From positions 17,422,001-17,486,000 of the forward strand of contig NC_043004.1 in NCBI RefSeq assembly GCF_006345805.1: a DNA stretch of 64,000 bases, written 5' to 3'. The translations under genes and the position numbers were made by a program. How positions within the stretch are numbered: the stretch's first letter is position 1; every line of letters begins with the position of its first letter. Shown here one piece after another: positions 1 to 13,827 of this stretch. Source of the DNA: Octopus sinensis. Its lineage: Eukaryota. The notes below the pieces were generated by a model, which did not search any database, was not told the origin of the DNA, and was given only the letters and a program-made list of their open reading frames with translations.

Positions 1-389
1 GTTATTACTCTGATGGACCGCTTTGTTAATGCATAAAATGTCCAATTAGAGGGAAACTTTTAATTCTATAAGTGTTCGTTGCTGCTGTTCTTGTTGACAA
101 TAGCAATATTAGTATTATCATCGTTATTAATATTAATGTTGATGTTTTTTTTTGGTTTATAACGATATAATTCTTGTTATAATGATTCTGTTATGTGGTG
201 AAAAGTGTCTGTTTGAGAAACGTATCACTTTATGCTTTAATGCACTTGAGAGTGAGCGAAAGACGCACCAATATATTTTCAGTAAAACGTAACATTTGAT
301 TAAGAAACGGAAAAAAGTATATTGAGATCGATTATGATGGTGTTGATGATGATGACGATGATGAGAATGATAATATATAATAATAATGA

Positions 390-427
<38 letters not shown>

Positions 428-1295
428 TCACGAAAAAGAATGATCTTTAATTGCCACATGGAAACCAATAACTTAACAACATCGAATGCATTGTTCTAAA
501 TTAAAACTAAAACGTAGTACAGTTATAATACGATATAAGAAAACAAGCGAGTTACATCATATACAAATTATACAAAAAATAGCGAAGAGAAATTACTGAG
601 AATGATTAGTGACACACATAGGAACAACATAGACAAATACAGGTATATCATATACCATAAAACATATAATTCTTGATTTATTAAAATTATTTCCACCTCT
701 AGAGGATTTGTCACAATTACCAAATGATAACTGAGACCAGCTCCACCTAACAAAGGGACATAACCGCAAGTTTCAGGAGGAAGGAAAAGTGCTGCCTTAT
801 TGACGCTTCAGACAATAATCCTGTACTTTTCCAAAGAAAAACCAACGAATTTATGTAATATGGTATGTAACATATCATGTAACAGCGAAAAGTCTTTACA
901 CTTTTTACACTTTTTTCTCTTTTCCTGGTTTCAGTCATTAGACTGCAGCCATGCTGAGGCACCGCCTAGGAGTATTTTAGTCGAATAAATCGACCTCTGT
1001 AGTTTTATTTTTTTAAGCCTAGTACTTACTCTATCGATCTCTCTAGCCGAACAGCTATGTTACGGGGATATAAACACACCAACACCTGTTGTCAAGCGGT
1101 GGTGGGGGACAGACACGCGGATATACACTTACATACACGACGGGGCTTTTAATTTCCGTCTATCAAATCCACTCACTAGGCTTTGATTGGCCCGAGGCTA
1201 TAGTAGAAGACAGCAGCCCAAAGTGCCACGCGAAGGGATTGAATCAAGTACCATATGGTTGGAAGCAAGCTCCTAACCACACCCCCACTCCTGCG

Positions 1296-1367
<72 letters not shown>

Positions 1368-1811
1368 CACACACATATACTTACATATATATATGTGTGT
1401 GTGAGTGTATGTGTGTGTATGCTTGTGTGTGTGCGTCAGTATGTGTTAGTCCTGAAGTCGTTGGTTTGTTTATGTTTCCCTAATTTAACGGTCCGACAAT
1501 AGGGATCATTAGAATAAATCCAGACTTAAATAAGTTTTAGAGTCGATTTATTTGACTAAACCTCACCACCGGAGCAGTCCGATGACTGAAACAAGGAACA
1601 AATATCGCTAAATTGCTCATAAAATACCACACAAATATACACAAACAATTCCATTACTGGATCATTTAGTTGTTTTATTGCTACAGTAATTTCCTGTTAC
1701 AGCCTAAGACTACTTCATAATTACTTCTGGCAACATAAGTTTTATCTCATTAAAAGCGCTGAGAGTCGTTCTCACCGACTGTATTGTCCTGTCCATAAGG
1801 TTTCTCTAGTC

Positions 1812-2030
1812 CAGTGCTTTTCAACCTTTTTGCTGGAGCGGAACCCCAAGAAGACATTTCACTGGCTCGAGGAACCCCTGTGCAATAATTTAATTGTCTT
1901 ATGCACACATATCTGCACAGGAGAATTAAAAATTACTGTCGATTTTAGCATTTTTGTAACTTCTTGCGGAACCCCTGGACTGTACTGGTGGAACCCTAAG
2001 GTTCCGCGGAGCCCTGGTTGAAAACCACTG
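1812..2030. mobile_element. hAT-type MITE (219 bp)
   Basis: TIRs CAGTGCTTTCAACC / GGTTGAAAACCACTG; perfect 8-bp TSD CTCTAGTC at 1804-1811 and 2031-2038. Confidence 0.9.
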
Positions 2031-2206
2031 CTCTAGTCTAACTTCGAGTTTCATTTCTATTATTCGTTTGTGTTATTCTTTATGACGGACTCCTAACCAG
2101 TTAACCACTATTATTATTTTTCTCATCCTCTCGAAGTCGATAAAATGAGTACCATTTGAGCAATGGGGTCGATCTTTTTATTATTATTATTATTATTATT
2201 GTTATT

Positions 2207-2795
2207 TTCATTTACTCACAACAGATTAGACTGTTGGAAAAGAAAAAAATCCTAACATCGGGCTACAGCAAGTAACCTTAGATGCCAAGAACCTTTCTAA
2301 GTATCCTAGCTCTCTCCCTAATAACACTGTTGTCTGCAGCTGTACTAAACTGGGTTTTATGCCTATTTTCTCTATCCATCTCTTCAGATTTTTAAGGATA
2401 GTTCTCAATGCACCTATAACTACTGGAATACATTTTACCCGCACTTTCCATAGTCTCTGTAATTCAATGGCTAGGTCCTGGTACTTTGCTATTTTTTTTC
2501 TATACCTCCCATATTGATTTTTTCATCATTTGGGACTGTCAAGTCAATTATCTGGCACTTTCTATTCTCTTTATCTAATACTACTAAATCAGGTCTTGTA
2601 GCTTCTATTACTCTCTCAGTCTGAATGTTAAAGTCCTACAGCATCTTATATTTCTTACTTTCTAGTACTTTACCAGGTTCATGTTCATACCATTTATCAG
2701 TATGTTCAAATCCTAGATTTCTACATAACTCCCAGTGGATTGCTCTCCCTAGGTTGTATTCTTTCTGTGCCAGCATGCTACATTCACTTACTATA
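2207..2795 (-). mobile_element. R4/Dong-like RLE non-LTR retrotransposon, 3' fragment (lineage A)
   Basis: MRVKCIPVVIGALRTILKNLKRWIEKIGIKPSLVQLQ..LLG is a typical RLE C-terminus. Flanked by (TAA)n on both sides. Confidence 0.85.
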
Positions 2796-2804
2796 TGAGT
2801 AACA

Positions 2805-2945
<141 letters not shown>

Positions 2946-2949
2946 CATC

Positions 2950-3398
2950 ATTCAGTAGTTTTGTGTGCCTTGGGTATGTGCTGTGATTTGTTGTGATGCT
3001 CTGATGGTTACTGTATTGAAAGTGTTCTGCGTAAGATGTGTGCAGTGCCTCATAGTGCAATTTTCTGTATATAATATGTGTTTGTAAGTCCTGGTGTTTT
3101 TGTTATGTATTTGTCTGAATATTTTTTTATCATGCCTAATGCACCTACTATGATAGGAATTGTTTCTGTTTTTAGATTCCACATTCTAGTTACCTCTATT
3201 TCCAGGTCTTTGTATTTTGAAAGTTTCTCCATTTCTTTTAGAGACACGTTGTCATCTGCTGGTATTGATGCATCAATTAGAAAGCATTTAAAATTAAAAA
3301 AAAAATTTATAGCGTGCTTTCACTTCACTACCGAGCGCAGCTCTGTGTGCCTTGGGTATGTGCTGTGATTTATTGTGATGCTCTGATGGTTACTGTAT
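2950..3398 (-). mobile_element. R4/Dong-like 3' fragment (lineage B) plus a duplicated 3' tip
   Basis: KEMEKLSKYKDLEIEVTRMWNLKTETIPIIVGALG..QKIALLGTAHILR. 3341-3398 repeats ~2960-3018. The 3' end abuts (TAA)n. Confidence 0.85.
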
Positions 3399-3417
3399 TA
3401 TTATTATTATTATTATT

Positions 3418-3918
3418 GAGTGAGAGAGCAGTGCATGCCATCAAAGTGACACTGGGGTAAAATATACGAAGCCCAATATACCCATCATGACTACCCGTCT
3501 GATAAGGGTACACCAGGCACATGCATCACAACCATATGTGCGCGACATGGTGATCTCATATCAAGATAAACAGCACATGACCTTGCAGGTGGGGCCCAGT
3601 TAGAATTTTCTTCAGGTTGAGTAGCCCATCCCGCTCAAAAGGTCCCTGAATAAGGGTTGTTTAAGGATGTTGAAAGAACCACCCATGTTTCCAGAGGTGA
3701 ATTATTCAAACCCCAAAGAATCCCTCTCAACACATGGCTATGATGCTCCCCACTACTTCTGCTCGTGATCAGAGATGCACATATCGTCAGCCACTAAGGG
3801 ACATGCTCAACTGGTTAAGGTCAAAAAACTGACAAGCAAATCTGTGGTATTGAGCAGAATATTTGCTGTAGCCCATCTTTTATACCAAGACAAAACAATG
3901 TACATGATAACACTTCCA

Positions 3919-3920
<2 letters not shown>
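3418..3920 (-). mobile_element. Uncharacterised non-coding retroposon 'X' inserted in (TAA)n, copy 1 (5'-truncated)
   Basis: Near-identical to 22697-23392. Same left end (att|GAGTGAGAGAGCAG), bounded by (ATT)n on both sides. Strand inferred from the truncation pattern. Confidence 0.7.
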
Positions 3921-3949
<29 letters not shown>

Positions 3950-3975
3950 TATTATTATTATTATTATTATTATTA

Positions 3976-4084
<109 letters not shown>

Positions 4085-4085
4085 T

Positions 4086-4172
4086 GAGTGAGAGAGCAGT
4101 GCATGCCATCAAAGTGACACTGGGGTAAAATATACGAAACCCAGTATACCCATCATGACTACTCGTCTGATA
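4086..4172 (-). mobile_element. Element X, short copy
   Basis: Same left end following (ATT)n; truncated after ~87 bp. Confidence 0.7.
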
Positions 4173-5184
4173 CTTATTCTAGCGATCCTACAAGGATGAA
4201 AGACGCGAATGTCAACTGTGCCTATCATCCTTTCAGGGTGGATAAAACAAGTAACAGATGAGCCAAGGCGTGGGTGTAATTGATTATCCACCTCCCCACA
4301 AAATTTTAGACTCAGTGTCTAAAATAGATAGAATTATTTAATCAATTAGAATTTCCGATTTGTTTCCCTTTATTTTTGTCAAGAATTAATACTTCCGCTA
4401 TTGGTTATTTCCATTACGAACGGAAGTTTAATTGATTAATATCTTTTGGACTCCCTGCAATATGTATGTTGGCCCCCACTTAATATAATGTAATATCCAT
4501 TAGTCTCCAGCTAGCTTCATTCCATTCTGCAGAATCCCATCATGTGCCTGATATGTTGCTCAATAGGCAATCTTTTTCAAACTTGGTTTTTAGTACTGTA
4601 ACTATTCCAGTTATTCATTAAATGTTCTAATATGATGAAGCGTCATGCTTTGTTAGCAGCTTTGTTAATTGCTTGATATAATATTTTAATAATTCCAATA
4701 AACTTTTGTTGTTAGTTTTATTCTGTTAATGTAAGCATTCCGTATTTATTTTAGCGAAATCGGACCTTCCATTTTATCAATGCGCGAGCATTCATAAGAT
4801 ATAAAACTATCCAATCATTTATTAATCTCCAGTGACTTGAAGTTTCAAATATTGTGTATGAATAAAACCTAGATTTTATTCATTGTTTCAGCATATAACT
4901 AGCGAGAGAATGATTCGTGTCACCATAAACACATGACATACATACACTGGCTGTAATCTTCTAGACCATAAGTGTTCGGAAAGAAATATTCTGTTTACGC
5001 CAGGGAAAATACGTAAATAAGTAGATATGTTGACAAATGCAGTTTTTGAATAGGTGTACGAACTAGTGTAGGAGGTCGACTTTTGATTGTCTGTCTGTGA
5101 TGTTAATACCGTTGGAAATTGTTGTTTTCTAGCAGGAGGGATTAAAGAACCTATGTGTGTGTATGTTTATGTGTATGTGTATGC

Positions 5185-5224
<40 letters not shown>

Positions 5225-5493
5225 ATATAAATGCGACAAGGATGTGTGGTAAGTAGCTTGCTTACCAGCCACATAGTTCTGGGTTCAATCCCACTGCGTG
5301 GCACCTTGGGCAGGTACCTTCTACTATAGCCTCGGGCCGACAAAAGCATTGTGAGTGGATTTGGTATACGGAAACTGAAAGAAGCCCGTCGTATATATAT
5401 ATATATATATAGGGAGAAAAAAACAAAAGACGAAGACAGGTGGTGTACAAAACAAACAGATGTATTAGTATAACGCTCAGGAATAGAAAAAGT

Positions 5494-5529
5494 CTTTTAC
5501 GTTTCGAGCCTACGCTCTTCTACAGAAAG
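5494..5529 (-). ncRNA. Minimal type I hammerhead variant in a PLE terminal-repeat-like sequence
   Basis: Minus strand reads CTTT-CTGTAGA-A-GAGC(GTAG)GCTC-GAAACGTA-AAAG: stems I and II intact, ACGT palindromic stem III, non-canonical U at core position 6. Confidence 0.55.
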
Positions 5530-5679
5530 GGACACAGTAAAAACAAGGAGAGAAAAAATGTGTTTAGTGGCTAACGATCTATCATGGTGACTGACTCGGA
5601 CAGAAGGGTCACACACGAAAAGGAAAGTAGGGAAGATAACAAAGTAAAGATGACCCCCAACACGAAGGTGCGTGTGTGT

Positions 5680-6300
5680 ATAAGAGAGTATGTATGTGTG
5701 TGTGAAAAAGGGCTGGTGGTCTGGACGTGTGCATGTATGTATGTGTAGGTGTGAGAATGTGGGGATGGGTGTGTGGGTAGTGTGCTGTGATGTGATGTGT
5801 AATGTTGTATGGTGTAGTGTGGTGTGTGTGATGTTGTTGGGAGGTGGGGAGGCAAGAGTGGGGAAAGCATGGGAGGGGTGTGGGTTCGGCTAAGGATTGG
5901 GGTAGTGTTGGTGTTTGTGGGTAGGCAGAGGGTGGGGATAGACGTGGGTATGTGGGAGAGGGTGTGTGGGATAGGATGGGGGATGGAATGGGGGATGGGA
6001 AGAATAGGGAAGGTGGAGTAGGAATGTGTAGGGGTGGGTGGAATTATGGGGAAGGGGAAGGTGGGTATGTGAAGAGAGAGAGGAAGAGAGAAGAGAGAGG
6101 AGGAGAGAAGAGAGAAAGAGAGTAAGAGAAAAGAGAGAAAGAGAGTAAGAGAAAAGAGAGAAAGAGAGGGTGAAAGAGTAAGAGAGAAGAGAGAAAGAGA
6201 ATAAGAGAGAAGAGAGAAAGAGAGTAAGAGAGAAGAGGGAAAGAGAGTAGGAGTGAAGAGAAGTAGGAGTGAAGAGAAGTAGGAGCGAAGAGAAACCGCA
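5680..6300. repeat. GT-rich then GA-rich low-complexity tract
   Basis: Strongly G/purine-skewed plus strand, including AGAGAAGAGAGAAAG units. Similar tracts at 34440-34730 and 53330-54610. Confidence 0.9.
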
Positions 6301-7116
6301 TCTCCACTGTGCCAAATTTTCTTCCTCTGGTAAGGTAGGAAACGCCAGATTTGAGGCGCCGTCATAATTTCAGTCTTCCTGGCTGCTAACGAGTATGTTC
6401 TGTGAATTATTGTTTTCTAATCTCTTTCCTTTAACACTTCTTTGGGGAGAACACCTTCAATTCGTTCCCCACCCTTTTAATAATTTCCTTGAATCTATAT
6501 ATATCGTCGCCTCTGCATAATTTTTTATTTCCATTCCTTCATCAATCCTCTTCAAACACCCTACCATTTCTTCCTCAGACGACATAAAGTCTGAAGAAGG
6601 ATAATTCAAATCTTCACAACTCCTCGCCTGACGCCCCTCCATTAAACAAGAGGGAAAACGTCGCACCGCTAAGACAGCACCCCCCCCCAAAAAAAAAACA
6701 ACACGTTTGTTATTCACAAAGACAACAGTCGAACTAACCAAAACGCTATACCGGAAGTAAGCTTCTATTCTAGTACTTATTCTATCGGTCTTTTGCCGGA
6801 CCGCTAAGTGACGGGGAAATAAACACACCAACATCGGTTGTCAAGCAATACTTGGGGGACAAACACAGACACACACACATACACGCACACACACACATAT
6901 ATATATATATATACTTATATACGACGGGCTTCTTTCAGTTTCCGTCTACCAAATCCACTCACAAGGCTTTGGTCGGCCCGAGGCTATAGTAGAAGACACT
7001 TGCCCAAGGTGCCACGCAATGGTACTGAACCCGGAACCATGTGGTTGGTAAGCAAGCTACTTACCGCACAGCCGCTCCTGTATATACATATACACACATA
7101 CATACATGCATATATA

Positions 7117-7180
<64 letters not shown>

Positions 7181-7526
7181 GGAGGTGCAATGGCCCAGTG
7201 GTTAGGGCAGCGGACTCGCGGTCGTAGGGCATCGATTCCCAGGCCGGGCGTTGAGAGTGTTTATTGAGCGAAAACACCTAAAAGCTCCACGAGGCACCGG
7301 CAGGGGGTGGTTGTGATCCCTGCTGTACTCTTTCAACTTTCTCTCACTCTTTCTTCTGTTGGCCTACTCGCATAGCCAGCGGCGTGGCGTCATTCGAAGG
7401 CTAAAACAATGCGAACGCATTGTGGCCAGCGATGTGTATTGAATGGTCTGGTCGGTCACATGAATATATATATTTAACCGTGTGTCTATATATATATATG
7501 TGCATATATATATACATTTGCGTATG

Positions 7527-7594
<68 letters not shown>

Positions 7595-7802
7595 GTGTAT
7601 ATATATACATAGATGTGTATATTTAGGGATAAATCACTAGGTGGATAACCATACGCTAGAAGATCACATACGATCTAACTACAAAGAAAAAAAAAGATAT
7701 ACACATCTATTGAAATTTTTTCTGATTTTTCAGATTTTTTATATATGCTAGGCTACTGGTTTTAAATTGATATTAATTAAATTAATATTCAATTTATCTC
7801 CC

Positions 7803-7964
7803 TCAGGAGTGGCTGTGTGGTAAGTAGCTTGCTTACCAACCACATTGTTCCGGGTTCAGTCCCACTCCGTGGCATCTTGGGCAAGTGTCTTCTGCTATAG
7901 CCCCGGTCCGACCAATGCATTGTGAGTGGATTTGGTAGACGGAAACTGAAAGAAGCCTGTCGTA

Positions 7965-8003
<39 letters not shown>

Positions 8004-8223
8004 ATGTGTGTGTGTTTGTGTGTGTGTGTTTGTCCCCCCTAGCATTGCTTCACAACCGATGCTGGTGTGTTTACGTCCCCGTAACTTAGCGGTTCGGCAA
8101 AAGAGACCGATAGAATAAGTACTGGGCTTACAAAGAATAAGTCCCGGGGTCGATTTGCTCGACTAAAGGCGGTGCTCCAGCATGGCCGCTGTCAAATGAC
8201 TGAAACAAGTAAAAGAGTAAAAG
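7803..8223 (+). mobile_element. tRNA-derived SINE family A with internal microsatellite (representative full copy)
   Basis: Head GGAGTGGCTGTGTGGTAAG (A box) ..GGTTCAGTCCC (B box), then CTTGGGCAAGTGTCTT, an internal (TA)n(TG)n tract, and tail ..GACTGAAACAAGTAAAAGAG. Other copies at about 921-1297(-), 5238-5393(+), 6750-7080(-), 8990-9481(-), 12617-12772(-), 12855-13210(-), 27560-27745(+), 29190-29490(-), 31890-32225(+), 36895-37210(+), 50818-51238(+), 51750-52152(-), 57792-58190(+). Confidence 0.9.
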
Positions 8224-8224
8224 A

Positions 8225-8285
<61 letters not shown>

Positions 8286-8989
8286 ATACATGCATGCATA
8301 CATACATGCAAACACACATATATATATGAATATATAGAATATATATTTATCTACTCAAGCATACACAACCAAGCACATATACTACACGCAGAAACATATA
8401 TATAATCTTATGTACGTATCCGGATATAGCCATAAATCTGCTTTCATAAGTTTGATTTACGTCATTGTAGTTTTAGACGACAACTGCATATGTCTTAAAT
8501 TGATCGAAACATATTTGTTCACAGAAATGTTTGCCAGAAGCTAATCATTGGATTAGCTTTCTCCTATATATTTTAACCAAATGAAGTTAATTTGAGAGAA
8601 ATATATCTATTACTTCTTATAACATATTGTTTTTCTATTGAAATTTGCGATATTTAGATACTTATGTAATACGTTTGTGCAAAATATCGTTTGAATGTGT
8701 GTTGAGACATATGTATTGTTGAAAAAGAAAACTATTCTCTATGTTAAATGTTTCATTTTAAAGAAAATGATGGAAGTTATAAAAGTTGATTCCATTTTCC
8801 ATTTGATATTTTAGCTAGACTGTTGTTATTATTGATGTGATAGTTCAGCCAAAGATCAGCTCACTCATGTAGAGTTATGGATCAAAAATGTTCTAACTTC
8901 TACACTATCGCCAAACATTAAGGGATAGTTGACAATTGTCTATAAAGAAATACATTATTCAGTATGTCATTCTATTTTGTGTGATATCT

Positions 8990-9264
8990 CTTTTACTCTT
9001 TACTCTTTTACTGGTTTCGGTCATTTGACTGTGGCTATGCTGGAGCACCACTTTTAGTCGAACAAATCGACCCCAAGATTTATTCTTTGTTTGCCTAGTA
9101 TTTTTTCTATCGGTCTCTTTTGCCGAACCGCTAAGTTACGGGGACGTAAACACACCAGCATCGGTTGTCAAGCGATGTTGGGAGGACAAACACAGACACA
9201 CAAACATATACACGCATACATACATACATACATACATACATACATACATACATACATACATACA

Positions 9265-9300
<36 letters not shown>

Positions 9301-9481
9301 TATATATACATATTACATATATACAACGGGCTTTCAGATTCCGTCTACCAAATCCACTCACAAGGCTTTGGTCGGCCCGAGGCTACAGTAGAAGAAACTT
9401 GCCCAAGGTACCACGCAGTAGGACTGAAACCGGAACCATGTGGTTGGTAAGCAAGCTACTTACCACACAACCACTCCTACG
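8990..9481 (-). mobile_element. SINE family A copy with internal (TACA)n
   Basis: Reverse complement of the family A pattern. Confidence 0.9.
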
Positions 9482-11727
9482 TCTATATGAAGGTTATTTG
9501 GTTGCTATTTCTAGTTGGTCGTGCTATCATGCAGAAGATCTCTCTTTGGCTCGTATTTTTGATTGAATGTTGTATACGAATAATGTCGTTTGAGGTTTCT
9601 TTGTAAAAAAAAAAGTTTTAATATGTAAATCAGGATTATCTGCAAATAGAACAGGATTGAAGTGTATTTTGTTATATTTGGAATTGGGGATGTTTTTCTG
9701 CCAATTAAACAGACGCACTGTTTCTTTGATCTTCATTTTAGCTTTGTTACGGCAACGAGGGTTCCAGATGATCCTATTTCTTTATTACCCACAAGGGGCT
9801 AAACATGGAGGAGACAAACATGGACAGACATAGGTATTAAGTCGATTATATCGACCCCAGTGCTTAACTGGTACTTAATTTATCGACCCTGAAAGGATGA
9901 AAAGCAAAGTCGACCTCGGCGGAATTTGAACTCACAACGTAACGGCAGCCGAAATACCGCTAAGCATTTCGCCCGACGTGCTAACGATTCTGCCAGCTCG
10001 CCGCCTTGTTCCAGATGATCCGATCAACAGAACAACCTGCTCGTGAAACGAACGTGCAAGTGGCTTAGCAATCCACAGACACGTGTACCCTTAACATAGT
10101 TCTCAGGGAGATTCAACGTGACAGAAAATGTGACGAGGCTGGCCATTTTAAATTACAAGTACTACTCATTTTTGTCAGGTGAGTGGACTGAAGCAACTTG
10201 AAATAAAGTGTCTTGCTCAAGGACACAACACACCGCCGTAAATCGAACTCGAGATCTTACGATCGTGAGCCGAATACCTTAACCACTAAAGCACGCTTCG
10301 TTCACAGATTTTGTTATTATTATTAGCTTAATTGCGTAAGACGACGAGCTGGTAGAGTCGTTAGCAGGCCGGGCAAAATGCTTGGTGGCGGTTCATCCGT
10401 CTTCACGTTCTGAGTTCAAATTCCGCCGTGGTCGACTTTACCTTTCATTCTGTCGGGGTCGGTAAATCGAGTACTGGGGTCGATGTAATCGACTTAGCCA
10501 CCCATCCAAATTTTTGGTCTTGTGCCTAAGTATTATTAGTTTATTTGTCAGAGTTCTTTCGCCTCTCATTCTGTGACCCCTTCAATGACATTCTATTCCT
10601 CGTGTCCCCTCTGATCTTGTCCATTCTATTTCATTTTGCATTTCTGTGATATGCATTCCTCTCTGCGAATGCGTTCGCTTCTGTATCTGCATGCGTCTAT
10701 GTGCTTCGTATGTGCATGTGCGTCTTGTGTGCGTGTATATGGGTTTGTGTATTACGCTGTTTGTACCCATGTATTTATTTTATTCTGTCTTTAGTCGTCG
10801 GGTTGCAGGGGTGTACAGGAATGGAGGGTGAGGACGGAGTGAGGTGTTATTAACCCATTCACGTTTTCTCATGAGGCTCGATCTATTCTCTGTTATCTGT
10901 GTGTCCTCCTAAATTTGTCTGAGTGTCGTGTCTGTTCTGTGTCGATGAGTTCCTAACATCTATGTTACCTACCGGACGCCATGTTCTCGTTTACCATGTT
11001 GGTATAGAAATTACTATAACAGAAACTACACACTTCTAGGTTTCATTCCAGAAATATATAACTATATAAATATCATTTTGACCTGATCGTTATTCATTCT
11101 TGTAGAATAAGAAAACATTAGTTTTCTTAAACTAGGCTTCCGCTATAAATCTGTAGGGATGAAACACCTCGATATCTTTTGTTGTGGATACTGCATTTTT
11201 TTCAGGGAGCCAGAGACATCAGCTGTTCTACCTTATCCCTATTGAGTACTTTCTACTTTCCACCTATCCTCCCCTTAAAATTCACCGTTCTCCGTATCTT
11301 TCTCTTTCAACTCCCCGACTATTAAAGTTTACTAATCTTTCCCACACCTCTTTTTCTTCTTCGTTAGAAGTTGATTGGTTCTAGTCACATTTTGCTTGAT
11401 TCTTACATATAAATGAACGTTCACTTGTCCGTTCACTACAAATAAAGCAACAAGAATAATCAGCCAAAAATTTCAGTACATCGACAGTCGAAATGTCAAC
11501 CGGACTTATGTCAGCTCCGTCTTTTGTGTTACCCGTAAACTTTTCATTGTACGACGACACATTGATACGTGGCACAACATGTCAACTCAGCTGGTCATTC
11601 CATTGATCGTCACTACATTCCTTTTATACATAAAAACAAACAACAACTTCATATTCGGCACAGACTCTCACTAATACGTCTTAACAAAGGACATTCAATC
11701 TTCATAAAATATCGGGTCGTCAAGTAT

Positions 11728-12270
11728 GAAATTTGTGGAAAAAAAAAAGTTCGCTAATGTTTTATAAATACAAGGAATAGTTTTATTCATCAACGTATGT
11801 ACCCATATTGTCAATACACATTTGCCATTTCAGTGGTAGCATGTCCAAGTGTCAATAAAACTTTGGAAGGCCTGTTTTACAGCATTGCCGAAATTAAATT
11901 TTTTTCATATCAAAAAGTTATCCAAATTCTGGAAGAAGGGGTAGTCAGTTAGGGCAAGATCAGGTGAGTATGGTGGTTGATGAAGTGTAGTTTCACCAAT
12001 GTGGTTTTTGCGATGTGTGGTCTGGAGTTGTCGTGCAATAAAATAGGACTGGATCTGTTGATTAATCTAGGCTGTTTTTCTGTAAGTTTCTGCATCATTT
12101 GGTCCAGTTGGCTGCAGTATAGATACTTCGGCCGTGATTGATGAGCCAGGTTTAATGGAATCGTAATGGATCACACCTGCATCCGACCACCATACATACA
12201 CCATCAGCTTCTTTTGATGAATTTTGCTTTTTGGACTGTGTTTTGGTGACACGTCTTGGTCTGTGATTTG
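11728..12270 (-). mobile_element. Mariner transposase relic (catalytic C-terminal half)
   Basis: HQKKLMVYVWWSDAGVIHYD, LLHDNSRPH and PYSPDLALTDY on the minus strand, with frameshifts. Confidence 0.8.
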
Positions 12271-12555
12271 GCTTGTCAAAATATTACAATGGTGCAAAAT
12301 ACGCAGCTGTCAAAGTTTACCATATACCTCACTACAAATTTCATACTTGACGTCCTAATATTACTAACACACACACACGCGCTCGTGCGCGCGCACACAC
12401 ACACACGCACGAATGCACATCCACATCCACACCCACACACACATATGTTGGTATAACTGTAGAAATTACTATAACAGAAACCACACACTATATATAACTA
12501 CATAAATATTATTTTGACCTGAACATTATTAATATATATATACAGTATATATATA

Positions 12556-12617
<62 letters not shown>

Positions 12618-12768
12618 GACGGGCTTCTTTCAGTTTTCGTCTGCCAAATTCAGTCACAAGGCTTTGGTCGCGAGGCTATTGTAGAAGACATTTGCTCTAG
12701 GTGCCATGCAGTGGGACTGAACCCAGAACCATGTCGTAGGTAACCAAGCTACTTACCATACAATCACT

Positions 12769-12816
<48 letters not shown>

Positions 12817-13827
12817 TATATATGTATGTATATAAATTTTTAATTTCTCTACATGTTTTGCCTTTTACTTGTTTCAGTTATTGGACAGCAGTCATGAAGG
12901 GTTTTAGTCGAAGAAACCAACCCTAGTACTTATTTTTAAAATTTAGTACTTATTCTATCCCTCTCTTTTACTAAACAGCTAAGTTACGACGGGAACGTGA
13001 ACAAACCAACGCAATGTTGGAGGAGAAACACACACACATACATATGGCTAACGGGCTTCCATACACTTACCGTTTAACAAATTCACTCACAAGGCATGGA
13101 TCTGCCTGGCGCTATCGTACAAGACATTTGCCCAAGGCACCACGCAGTAGAATTGAACCCCAAGCCACTTGATTGCAAAGCGAGTTCCTAACCACACAGC
13201 CACACCTACGCTTATGAAAAGCAATGTTTTGAAACTATGACCACTCTTGTAGCGCTCTTGTACCTTCAGAGAGTGCAGTTTATTGGATGTGAGATGGTCA
13301 TGGAGACGAGGAAAACAATTTCCCTTAATTCATGAACAAAAGCATAATTGATTAGATAATAATTAGATTTTCATGATCGAAAGTGACGTTTTTGTAATAA
13401 GACAGATGACAGATACTCTTTCGACAATTCGTACAAGAATCGGTAATAGGTCTGAAAAGAGATTTTTATAGAGACTAGGTGGAAAGTTTTAATCATCGTA
13501 TCTTTTTGAATTAGACATAGTGATAAAGACCTTCAGTTTTTAATCAGTTGTTGGTGTAAATGATCATAAAAAAAGAAACAACACTCAAAAGTTTCCGTAT
13601 TTGGCTCCATTTCAGACCTGGGCTAAGATGTAAGGTCGTCAGAAAATGTAATCATATTTGTTTCTTTTACAAATATATTTTATCTCGGAATACACTATCC
13701 AAAGTATCTGTCCATTTTAAGGCAGTAGAGTGTAATTTGACTGCAATTTCTAGTATAGAGTTTTCATAATTAGCTAGTTCAGAGATGATTTCGTTTTACG
13801 GTAGCAAGAGAGAAGATATCCAAGCGC

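Noticed and set aside
11381-11640. Minus-strand exon-like frame with an in-frame TGA (possible selenoprotein)
   Set aside because: No recognisable family and no SECIS identified; most simply a chance ORF.
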